Shown here: positions 12,201-23,899 of the stretch, piece after piece
How positions within the stretch are numbered: position 1 is the stretch's first letter
Layout: each line of letters starts with the position of its first letter
Assembly: GCF_036321535.1 (NCBI RefSeq)
Contig: NC_087437.1
Coordinates: 24,926,001 to 24,990,000, forward strand
Direction of reading: 5' to 3'
Length of the DNA: 64,000 bases
Source: Camelus dromedarius
Lineage: Eukaryota
Made by a program: the position numbers and the translations under genes
The notes under the pieces: generated by a model
Databases searched by the model: none
What the model saw: the letters and a program-made list of their open reading frames with translations, nothing else
Told to the model about the DNA's origin: nothing

Positions 12201-13806
12201 AGAATATCATGACATCTACCAGTAGGCAGTGACACAATTACACGTATATACACAGTGCCTTCCTGTACTGGGGACACTGATTCTTCCTATTGTGTTCTAA
12301 CCAATTATGTTTAATTGATGTGTATTTAGACAGAATAGGCAACTCTTCCTCCCCAGCCTCTGCACATGTTTTTTTTCTTTTTATTTCATTCTAAGTTTAT
12401 CTTATATTTTAATGCTACTTTGTACACGTTTAAAATTTTATTCCACCCTCCATTTCACCAATGAAAATCTCAGTTATCTATGCCTAGGATTGACCCCACT
12501 GCAGTCAGCTATGTACCTGAATTTTAAATTTTTTAAGAGATATGTTTTCTAGTTTTTTGATTAATAAGAACAAAGAGGCCTGATTCAACTAATGTCAATG
12601 GTAAGTGACCATGTTTGATGAGAATTTGATGATCACTCATTTTGAGAGAATTAATTTTGTAAACATTTATTCCATTTTTGATGTATATCTTCTTTGTTGT
12701 GTCAATATGATACAATTATTTTAAAGGTAAAAGAATTTATTATTTTACCAATATATTGCCAACAAAAAGATTAGTGATTTGAAAAAAAAACCTAGAATGA
12801 TTAAGTTGATTAAGTGTTGGGGCATGCCGATTTTAGCTTTTAGCTTTAATTTTCTCTGATAAATTTTCAATATTAGTTTTGAAAATTAAATTTATAAATT
12901 TCATATAAGTAATACAGCATGCACTTCAAATCACATAATGTAATTGTCTTTTATAACCTGGCAAGGTAACTAGACTTGAATATTTTACTTGAAGATGCGA
13001 TTGTCATTATTTATGTTCGGCATATCTAAACTCACACACAGCTTGGTGGAAATCGAATTACTACACAGAATGATCAAAGAAACACGACTCCTCATAATTT
13101 ATTAAGTTGTTTTAATAGCACTGTTAACTCTGCTATGAAATTTACTTGTTCCTAGGGGATTCATAAATTGATGTATCACTCTAAAATACTAGAATAAATG
13201 TCTGGAATATATTCTTCCATCAATAAAATATAAAGATCTTTATCTGTTTGAGAGTAATGTTAGAAGAAAAAAAGAATGAAGAGTTGCTCCAACTCCCTCA
13301 TTTTGCAAGTAAAGAAACTGACCCTCAAAGGAGATAAGGAAGTTTTAATCATTCAAGCTATGACTTTTGGTGAGTAACAGGTAAAGAGATGGCATTTTGA
13401 TCTACACTATTTCTACCTGGAATTGGCTTCTCAGTTATTTGGATGCTTAATTTTATTTAACAAATTTTGATTATTAAAATACCCAACAAAACATTGCAAT
13501 TGTTGTGCTTTCAAGTCTTCCCCACATATTACTCACATTCCGTTTCTCTGATACAGACGTGAAAACCAAGATGTGCTCTTCAAAATATATACATGCCATT
13601 ATCACCTTCCATTTTCCTTAAGTGTCTCTGACACTTTCTTCCTTTTAAAAAACATTTATACAAATTTCAAAGGGAACGTATATAACACTTGTATAGATTT
13701 TATAGTCAAAAGAGCAATTCTAGAACTCTGATTGGCTTTAACTTAATTTTTTAATATTTAAGACATTTGTAGACTCTGGAATCAGAAAGCTGTATTTAAA
13801 GTGAAT

Positions 13807-13960
13807 TTGACTCACTTCACTAAAAATAACAATCTCCATCCAGATACAAAATAAACAAGTTTCTACTGTATAGCACAGGGAACTAGATTCAATATCGTAT
13901 AGTAACCTATAATGAAAAAGGATATGAAAAAGAATATATGTATGTACATGTATAAAAAAA
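13807..13960 (+). mobile_element. Short L1 3' fragment with an inverted 5' piece
   Basis: 13843-13960 is plus-strand L1 3' end ('ctactgtatagcacagggaactagattcaatatc...' then an A run). 13808-13842 reverse-complements to 'tggatggagattgttatttttagtgaagtgagtcaa', an upstream L1 motif (compare 39251-39292). Confidence 0.75.
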
Positions 13961-14094
13961 AGAATGTCAGCTAAAGGCAGAAGGGATTTGTGAAAAAAAA
14001 AATAAAGTGAATTTGAGCCTTCAACATATTGGTAATGATAAGCTACCAAGTAAGACGCATGGGAAACATGTGGATACCCACTCAACAGATTTAA

Positions 14095-14228
14095 AATATA
14101 TATGCTCACAACACACACATATACACACACAGATATATAATATATATACATTATATACTATATTACATATGTAAAACATGAAAATATATATATGGGTGTG
14201 TGTGTGTGTCTCTGTGTGTGTATGTAAA
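14095..14228. repeat. CA/TA/TG compound microsatellite
   Basis: Directly visible dinucleotide runs. Confidence 0.8.
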
Positions 14229-17200
14229 TGTAGAGCCAGGCTGTGGAAACTAGACTTACTTCATACTAATCCATGTTTTCTAGCTTCGCGGGGGCTTAGA
14301 TTATTTCCTATTGAGCTTTCTTGTCCACTGCATTAAAATAAAAAAATCAAGGACTAATTTGCTAAGCCACAAAGCCTAGTCCTACTCAACCCATTTTAAT
14401 CTGTGGATGTGCTGAATATGAAAGAAAGACATGAATGAAAATGTGAATACTTTCTGTGAGTCATAAAATTCCCAACAGAATGTAGAATCTTTTCTTGAAA
14501 GGAAAACTCTTACGTGTATAGGTGTGTAAACACAAAATGCATAAAATATCTGTATAATAGACTTGTATAGACCTTAATGTGTGGATGTTAAAATGTATCT
14601 TTGATATGGTCTGGCAGTAATTCTTTTTATTATAAGCTGATATTATATTTGAAATTATTATGTGCCTTGAGCACCTGGTTAATCTTCTGCTTAAGTTCTG
14701 TATAAGCCAGGTGTCCTCTTACGGACCACATAAAGATTGGACCTCGTTTAAGTGTGAAATAATCCTGTTGCTTCTATCTGAGAGTGAATGAGCCCAGGAT
14801 TAGATCAGATAAAACACACTCCAGATAAAGTGCACAAGGTGGATTATGCAAGAAAAGAGGATTTAGTGAAGAACGGATCCACAACTTTTTGTTAACACAG
14901 AGAATGGTGGCTTTTGTAAGCAACATTTGTGGAAACGCAACTGGAGCTTTAAAAGCTATGTCTTTTGTTGTACATTTCTCTGCATACATTTGCTTTGTCG
15001 CTGGGAGTGCTAACTTTGGAAGCCATGCTGGGCCAGGACTCATGCTCATTTTGCCTAATGAAAGGCTAAGGATGTACTTTTACTCATACATTCTTGTTTT
15101 GTCTTCTTTGAAGTTTATTAAGCTCTCCTGAAAGATGTGAAGTTCATTAGGTGGTTATTATCATGACCACAAATTAAATATCTGTTCCCTGGGGAGTGAT
15201 AAGCTTCGAGTATAAGCTATACTTACTATCGTATTTACTTAATTACTAACATACTGCTTCTTGTTCTTAATATTAAAAAACACACCTACAAAGATCTGCT
15301 ATGGTTCATTCTGAATGTAATGTTATGCTTGTTAAATATTTAATGTTTTAATGCATCTTCTCAAAGTTATAAGTTACATATACAGCTGACAGGTATATAG
15401 GTAAGAGATGCTTTCAGTATTACTAGTGTAAGATTTTGCATTAGAACTTATAAATACCATAACTCTATGCAGTACTCTGAGCTATAGAGTTTTTCCTATA
15501 CTTGGAGGCATGTTCTTTCAGCTTTGAAGTGTCAACATTTCTGTTTTAACATATGAGTCTTTTAAATGGGGAGAGAAGTAAACATTGTATTGCATCCATT
15601 GGTTTTAGTTTGTGATGGAACCAATTAGTAGAACTTCTAATTTAGGATTTAAATAATTATCAAGTCCACTCAATTATTTCTACTTTACAGTAATTAATTT
15701 GTTGAGCATCTATGTATTCTCTGATCAATTCTGAAATTATTCACTATTGAATGTCAGTGAGTACATCTCATACTTGCTTTCACTTGTGCCATGTGTTATA
15801 CTTTCTGAGAGTTTTTGTTAATGTTGGACTTAAAAGTGATGACAAATTAGATATGGCCAAAAAGCAGGTAATTCTGGAGGCCTGGATATAAAACTATTAC
15901 TTGGATCAATCAGATTTCTGATTGAGAGACTCTTTTAATACAACCGAGTTTTCAAAAATGAGCTTAACAATCATATCTTCTTCAGCATTTTGTTTTGCTA
16001 TAATTTATTCCTAATAAAGAAGTGGTAAAGCATATTTATGACTCTATGGAAATATTTCATACTCATATATACAAAGAGAAATATCACTACTCTTAGTATA
16101 ATGGAATGTGATTCAGCATGAAAAGTCTGGCTTCTTCAAACTACATTTCTTACCAGCCTACCACAGATATGTAAATTTTTACCAAGAAAATCTTTTATTA
16201 GTTATATACTTTGTGTAGCTTATCTTAAAATGTCTTAAAACTTGAGTAACAACCTTAAAAATGGACTAATCCAATGGAGGGTGATAACAGATGAATGGCT
16301 CATTCAACATATATTATTTATTGCAAGTAATGTTGTATTATATTCATTAATGAATATAAAAACAGCTCAATTATGGTAGGAGCACATGAAGTCTTTGTCA
16401 ATGAGACTTCAGTGAGAAAGATTTCTGGCATTCTCATTTAGGTATTGGATAATTCAGTAACAATTCTTTCAAATAAATAACACTATGATTTTACTTTACA
16501 TACATGAAATTTGAGCTAAATTCATGACCCAGTGCTCTTACTTCTATAGGAACATTTACTATGCATTTTGCAGGCTTATCCCTCTCATGGACTTTTTTTC
16601 TTAATCACATTTTCCCTTCAATCAGATTTCTTTGGCTATTAATCCTTTCGTATCACCAGTATTTATGTAGACATCTTTAAATCCTCCTGCAAAATGAAAC
16701 AGGAAATAAACAGAAATAATGCTATAAATGATCTATAACACTATCAACTTATTTAATTTTATCTACTCTGTAGGTTATAATTCTTATTATAATTCACTAA
16801 GTGCAATATGTATACATTTTCTCACTTAAATTAAAAATATATGGCAGTTTAGCCAGAGAGTTGAATAAGTTTTTTATATATTTTATTATATGTAGCTGAC
16901 ATATTAAGCCCAACTTATAACTGTGGTTCTCAAAGAATGGCCAATTGATCAAGTGGTCCACAGGGAATTCAGCAGTTTGGGAAGAAAAAGGTGTACAATT
17001 TTTTTTCACATTTTCAGGAAATTGAAAAAGAAAGCTCATTAATATTATCATAAAAATCCTGGCATCTGCTTAGTAATCTTCACTATATTAAACACTGTGA
17101 AGGTACTGAAAAGGGTGTGTTTATCTGTTTACTGCAGCTGCGTTTATTTTTCAGGAAATAGCTCACTTCGTTATTTTTTTTCATATAATTGTATATTATA

Positions 17201-17469
17201 TTCCACATATGTTAAATACTTATTTTTATTTTAACTAATTGATTGTGTTAGGTCTCTAATTTTTTTATTTCATAAATGGCTCAAAAGTTGGTCATTGAAA
17301 AGCAAGTCTTCAAAATCAAGTAGCACTATTCAGAATAATGCCATAATTAAATATTTAACAATACTCCAGTGAAACTGTAAAATGTAAACCTGTATGTATA
17401 GAAATGAGAGAATGTACCATGATATCTCTGAAGAAAGTGATAAAGAAAACAAGGAATGCAAAGTGTGGC

Positions 17470-18330
17470 ACTTGATATATGAACAACGGCTTTTATTTGC
17501 CCAACTAGAGACCATGTTAATCCTCAGGGTACTGTCTGTTATAAAATGCGATTAAATAGTGACATAAAGTGATGAAGATTTTTATGCCATTTTTAAAAGC
17601 AAAATGAACTCCCTCACTGGTGAAGCAATCAGATATCTCCCGAACAATCACAGATTCATGCTTTTCAGCAAGAAATGGATGGGTTTTTCTGCTAAAATAG
17701 AAAATGATCAAAATTTACTATTTTCTTTATAGTAAAACCATTTACAAGTCACGCATTGCCAAGAAGCTTGTAAAACCATCTGCGAAGCGACAAATATTAC
17801 GCTCAGAAGAAAGTGAGGCAAGCTGTTGGCAAAATTCCTCTGTCGAATGACACCATTTGGCTTTGTGTGTCAATAAGCACACTACTGGGAAGAGAACACT
17901 ATGTTGTGTGAGTAAGAAGAGATTTTGACTTATAGTTGGATGAAACCTACAGAGTGGGAATCTGTTCTTAATATATGTACTGGGAAAGTTACAGACTCAA
18001 TCATTGATTATGATGTTCGTTTCTGAACACCTAAACTACAGGAGAAGAATACTTATTTCATGAGCCGTGATGTAGATTGGAGAAGGGGCTTCAGGCTCAT
18101 TTCCGAGGGAGCACAAGCAATGCGCTCATCAGAAGGCATTGCTGAGTTAATAAACATCTCTGCTGATCCACACGCTACTTTGCCCACATACTGCTTTATT
18201 CGTAGATACCAGTTGGTGGTTAACAAAATGCCTCCTGATTTTGATTTAGTGCTGAAGGAAATAGTGACTATGGTGGTCCAACGACACTAAACATTTGAGA
18301 AACCCTGTTAAATGTCAGGCTCTTATAGTG
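17470..18330 (+). mobile_element. Fossil hAT (Charlie/Buster-family) transposase, frameshifted and 3'-truncated
   Basis: Hand translation gives ordered motifs: YMNNGF (17476), PQGTVC (17522), IAKKLVKP (17755), IPLSNDTI (17834-17857), FDL*LDET (17924-17947). ORF 18060-18290 adds DW...SEGAQAM...TYCFIRRYQL..KMP..FDLVLKEIV. Confidence 0.88.
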
Positions 18331-18397
18331 CCTCATTAGAATTATGGCTGGAACCTTTCTAATTAGTTTCTGAAATCATTCTTGACTCCCTCTAATC

Positions 18398-18608
18398 CAT
18401 GGGTTGGCAAACTTTTTCTGTAAAGTCTTCAATCGTAAATATGTTCAGCTTTGCAGGACATATGGCTTCTGTTGTAACTACTCAACTCCCTCATTGTAGT
18501 ACACTATGTAAACAAACACGTGCGGCTACGTTCTGATAACACTTTATCCACACACACAAAACATAGTGGCCTGGATCTGGCCTGAGGGCTATAATTTTCT
18601 GATGCCTG
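18398..18608. mobile_element. MER58A-like hAT-Charlie MITE
   Basis: Starts 'catgggttggcaaactttttctgtaaag', internal 'gtaactactcaactc', ends 'ggatctggcctgagggctataattttctgatgcctg'; about 210 bp. Confidence 0.88.
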
Positions 18609-18699
18609 TTAATCTATCTGATACTCCTTCCAATGGGGTTAATGGAACGTGAAAGTTTGATTGTAGCACACCTCTACAACAGCTTTCATTTTCTTTTGC

Positions 18700-19090
18700 C
18701 TGGATTCTTCAGAATGATATTCAAGATCTTTCTTATTTGAATTCTCTCTTCCTTTTGAATCTCATCTTATGCTTTTCTTCAATGCCCTTTGTAGTAATGC
18801 TTAAACCATTTATATTCGTTCAACGTGCCATGGTCTTTAGGCCTCTGTTTCTTTAAAGAGAATAAATACCTTGAACATGACTTGGTTATAGAACTTAGTA
18901 GACGTACTATTGTTATTAGTTTACATGTCTGGCTACTGGATTACAATGTGAGTCCCTCAAGGGAGTGAAGCATATTCTATTTATTTTTGTATAGACAAAG
19001 CCCAGAATGGTGTCTGGTCAATTACAGACACTCAATAAATATTTGCTAAAAAATAGTCAAGTGATTAAAGCTCATTCACTAATGGATGAA
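18700..19090 (+). mobile_element. L2 3' fragment
   Basis: 'aatgtgagtccctcaagggag' and 'cccagaatggtgtctggtcaattacagacactcaataaatatttgct', the typical L2 3' end. Confidence 0.7.
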
Positions 19091-19842
19091 TTAACTTCCA
19101 AAGTAATGAAGACATATTTGTCTTATCTAAGCTTCTTTTCAATTTCTAGCAAGTGTTAAAATGTTAGATTCCATTTATATAGTGGGATTTAGTAAGCATT
19201 CCAATTGTATATGCCTTTCCCTACATTATCATTGAAGAGATAATTTTAGTAAGGCTTGAAAAAAGAACTAAAGGGTCTGATTTCTGTTTCTAGCCAGGAG
19301 GGGATAACAGAGATTAGATTTACCATCCTATTTGAAATAACCAAAAAATTGGACAAAATATATGAAATAACAATTCTCAAGACACTGGACATCAGACAAC
19401 AAAGAACAGTGATTCTTCCCTGAAAAATGGGGGAAAATGAGGTTAGCATTATAACCACCCCAGCTTATTACCTGGACATTTTTTTCCAGGTTATTGTGTC
19501 AAGAGGGGGAAAATGGAAGCAGTTGGAAGTTTCCTTGGGTTTATAAGAGCTTGCTGGTAGTCTAGGAAATTCACAGCCACCTTAGGGAAGGAAAGAGTAT
19601 GGAAGAGGAGAGATCTGCCCAGAGAGGGAACTCCAGACTGCAGAGGGTCCCCCCTGGAGTATTTGACTGAGTTCTGATCAGTAAATGTGTGTGAGAAAAT
19701 GACTTGAGATGAGAGAAAGAATTGCCAAAATGATTAAAAGAAACAATTCATAGAGATCCCCAAAGTCTGGGGAATAGTGTCTGTTCCTATAAGAATTAGG
19801 AGTGAAAAATTCATAGTTCATGCGGCATTTGGTAGACTTTTC

Positions 19843-19899
19843 AGTAAAACAAAGTTAGCACTAAATTAAATAGTAAAACAAAGTTAGCACTAAATTAAA
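19843..19899. repeat. 28-bp direct duplication (period 29)
   Basis: agtaaaacaaagttagcactaaattaaa at 19843-19870 and 19872-19899. Confidence 0.92.
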
Positions 19900-20887
19900 C
19901 CATATTCTGATCCTACCTAATAAAATTAGAAGCCAAACCTGTAAGAATTAAATTATTTCAGTTAACATCCCAGAATAAACTAAGAGGGTAATAGTCACAA
20001 TGTCTGGCGTTGGAAAAAAGCTATCAGGTATGAGAAGCAGGAAAGTATGACCCATAATGAGGACAAAAAGCAGCACACTGAAACAGAGCTAGAAATGGCA
20101 TCTAGGGTAGAATTTAGTCAACAAGAACATTACATCAGTTATTATAACTTAGTTCCTTATATTTAAGAAGCTAGGAAAAAAAGACACTAGACAAAAGACT
20201 TACCATAGAAGGTGACAACAAAAGCTAAAAAGAAGACTCCAATTAATCTTCTAGGGATAAAAAGTATCATGTCTGAGACTAAATATACACTGGGTAAAAC
20301 TAATTGTAGGTTAGGCATTGTGGAACAAAATGTTAGCAAAGTATTCTTGAACTTGAAGATGTAGCAATAGAAATTACTTAAGATGAAGCATGGAGAGCAA
20401 AAGATAAACAAACAAACAAACAAACAAACCAGTGTGCCAGTGAAATAAAACAACTTCAAGAGTTCTGATATAAATGTGATTGGAGTGTTTGAAGAAAAGG
20501 ATAGAAAGAGTGCAGAACAAAAATATTTGAAAAACAGTGGCAGAAAATTTTCCAAATTTGATGAAAACTATAAATGAGCAGATTCATAAAGCCCAACATG
20601 CCTAAAATACAAGTAACAAGGAAAAATCAAATCAAAGCACATTATAACCAAAGTGCTTAAAACTAGTCATAAAGAAAAAATCTTGAAAGCAGGGAAAGGA
20701 AAAAGACACATTATACTTAGAGGAATGAAAATAAATATGGTATATGGTTTCAACTTGGAAATAATACAAGCCAGAAGACAGAGAAGCAACATCTTTAAAG
20801 TACTAACAGGAAAAGAAATAAGAAAGAAAACATAACTATTAACCTCAAACCTTTGCTCGGTTAAAATATCTTTCAAAAACAAATATG

Positions 20888-21480
20888 ATTTTGGTGATTC
20901 CTCAAAAAGTTAAACCAAATTACCAAAGCCCTGAAAGTTCCACTGCTTGATATATACTGAATAACTGAAAACATGGACTCAAATGGATACTTGTTCACCA
21001 ATGTTTGTAGCAATATTTATTCACAACTGCTAAAATGTGGAAATGACCCACAAGCATCCATGAACAGATGAATGGATAAACAAAACGTGATATGGACACA
21101 TACAATGGAATTTTCTTTAGTGCTGAAAATGAAGTTCTGATATATGTTATGACATGGATGAATCTTAAAAGTAGTATTCTGAGTAAATTAAGCCAGACAT
21201 AAAAGGACAAATATTAAGTGGTTCCACTCATGTGAAATATCCAGGATAAGCAAATTCATAGAGACAGAAGTAGACTGGAGACTGCCAGGGTCTGGGAGGA
21301 GAGGGGAGTGGGAAATACTATTATGGGTACAAAGTTTCTCTTTGGGCTGATAAAAACTTTGGAAATAGATAGTGGTGATAGTTGTACAACAATGTCGATG
21401 TAATTAATTCCATTTTATCTTAAAAATTATTAAAATGACACATTTTGTGTTGTGTATATTACAATAAAAAAATGTTCTTA
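20888..21480 (+). mobile_element. L1MB-like 3' end nested in ORF1 of the older L1
   Basis: 'gattcctcaaaaagttaaac', 'agcaaattcatagagacagaagtagactgg', 'aatagatagtggtgatagttgtacaac', 'acaataaaaaa'. Host ORF1 stops at 'aaaatatctttcaaaaac' and resumes near 21583 at 'aaaggtgagataaagac'. Confidence 0.8.
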
Positions 21481-21854
21481 AAAACATAATAAACTAAAAA
21501 GAAAACCTTCAAGGTTCTTGAAACATTGCCTGGTAAATAAAAAAGTAGCATGACACAAAACAAAAAGAAAAAACAATAAAATCAAAGGTGAGATAAAGAC
21601 TTTCTAAGACATACAAAAACTGAAAGAATCCATCACCAGGAAACCTGCACTACAGGAAATATTAAAGGAAGTCCTTCAGATGAAAATCTCAGTCTAAACA
21701 AAGATCGCTGAAAATGATCACCAAAAACTACAATATTAATACTTTGTATTATTATTTAAATATTTTTTAAAGATAACTGTTTAAGGCCAAGTATCATAAA
21801 ACATTGTTGGTTTTATAACATATGTAAAGCAATGTTTAAGACAACAGTAACACA

Positions 21855-22023
21855 GCTGGGAAGGTATAGTGCAGTGGTAGAGTGCATGCCTAGCATGCAC
21901 GAGGTCTTGGGTTCAATCCCCAGTACCTCCATTAAAAAAAAAACAAATAAATAAACCTAATTACCCCCTCAACAAAATTAAATACATGAAAAGGTATAAA
22001 AAAAGAAAAAACTATTTTAAAAA
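21855..22023 (+). mobile_element. tRNA-derived SINE (camelid Vic-1-like) with 17-bp TSD
   Basis: A box 'tagtgcagtgg', B box 'ggttcaatccc', A-rich tail; TSD aagacaacagtaacaca at 21838-21854 and 22024-22040. Confidence 0.92.
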
Positions 22024-23765
22024 AAGACAACAGTAACACAAAGTCTGGGAGTGAAGAAATGGAGAAATTCTGTTATGAGGTTCTCATATTATACACGAAG
22101 TGGTATTATATCACTTGAAAGTACACACTAATAATTTAAAGCTGTATGATATAAACATTAAAGCTACCACATTCGAACACTCAAGTGACTAATACGATTT
22201 CCAAATATAAATAAAACATTTCCCAATATAGATCATATAATAGGCAAAAAAAAAGTCAATAAATTTAGAAGAATTTAAGTCATACAAAGTTATGTTCTCG
22301 GATCACAATGGAACTAAATTACAAATCAGTAATAGAATGATCTCTAGAAAATCCCAAATATTTGGAAACTAAATTGCATACTTCAAAATAAACCATAGGT
22401 CAGAAAAGGAAATTAGAAAGTATTTTGAACTGGATGAAAACCACACACAGCAAATCAAAATTCATGGGATGAAGCCAAATGAAAAGAAATTCATAGCACT
22501 AAAACGTCTAAGTTAGTTAGGAAATAAGAAAGGTCTCAAACTAGTAACCTCAATTTCTACCTTACAAAATAGAAAAAGGAGAACAAATTAAACCCAAAGG
22601 AAGAATAAGTAAGGAAGTATATTGTTCAAAGAGGAAATCAATACAATAGATAACAGATAATCAGTAGAGAAAATAAATAAACCAAAAGCTCCTTCTCTGA
22701 GAAGATCAATAAAATTTATAAACTTCTAGTCACAAAGGTGAGAAAAAACAGGAAAGAATACACAAATTAACAATATCAGGAATGAAAGTGGAGACATCAT
22801 TAAAGATTCTAAAGATTTTTAAACAATAATAAGAAAATATTATGAACTTTTGCCAATAAATTTGACAATTTAGATTAAACACATTCCCTAAAAGAGATAA
22901 GCTACCAAAGGTCACTCAGAAAGTAGATAACCTTATAGCCTTATATCTTTAAAGATATTGTAGAAATTGAATTTAGAGTTAATAATCTTTCCACAAAGAA
23001 AAGCTCAGGCCCAGAAGGTTTCCCTGGAAAAATCTACAAGCATCTAACGAAGAAATAACACCAATTTTACACAAACTCTTCCAGATAATTGAAGATCAGG
23101 AAATATTTCTACAAAATATTGCTGAGGGTAATTAAAGAAGACCAAGGAATTGAAAAGACATACTGTCCTTATGGATCAGAAAATTCAGTAGATATTAACA
23201 TGTCAATTCTTCTCAAATCAATTTTTACATTTAATTCAAACCCCAGCCTGGCTATTTTGTAGAATTTGACAAGCTGATTCTAAAACTCATTTGGCAACAG
23301 AAAAACCTTAGGAAAGACAAAACAACTTTGAAAAAGAAGAGTAAACGTGGCATACTAATACTACTTGAGTTCAAGGTTTGTTTTAAAGCTACAGAAATCA
23401 AGTTTCTGTATTAACATTAATATAGGTGAATTGAGTAATGGAACAGAAGAGAGAATCCAGGAATAGCCCCACAAATGTATTAACAATTGATTTTCAATAC
23501 TGGAGTGAAAGAGATTTAGTGAGTAAAAAAATAGAACTGGACTTTCATAAGCAATAGAAGAACTTGAATTAATACTTCATACCATGAAATATATTTAACT
23601 GAAAATGAATAATGGATCTTAATGTACAACCTAAAATTATAAAACTTCTAGAAAAAACATAGGGTAAAAATGTAGGGTAAAAACATTTCTTGGCTAAAAC
23701 ACTAAAATATGATCTATAAGGAAAATATTTAAAAATCGGATTTATCAAAATTAAGGACATCTTTT

Positions 23766-23899
23766 TCAAATTTTTTCTTGTTTGTTTTTGGTTTTTTGGG
23801 GGGAGTAGGTAATTTTTTTTAATGGAGGTACTGGAGATTGAACCCAGGACCCCATGCACACTAGGAAAGCATTCTACTACTAAGATATACCCTCCCTCC
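23766..23899 (-). mobile_element. tRNA-derived SINE (Vic-1-like) with 12-bp TSD
   Basis: Reverse complement reads 'gggagggtatatcttagtagtagaatgc...gtcctgggttcaatctccagtacctccatt'; TSD aggacatctttt at 23754-23765 and 23900-23911. Confidence 0.9.

Noticed and set aside
12553..12606. 48-nt plus-strand exon (ttttctAG...atg|GTAAGT)
   Set aside because: The donor is good, but all three frames contain stops from this acceptor, and the alternative acceptor at 12568 is weak.
18060..18290. 76-aa ORF as a domesticated ZBED5/ZBED8-like gene
   Set aside because: Key motifs are degenerate (DGA to EGA, CxxH to CxxR), upstream frames contain stops and frameshifts, and the C-terminal half is missing.
20653..20835. 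Lysine-rich ORF as a host gene
   Set aside because: It is a fragment of L1 ORF1p within the decayed L1.
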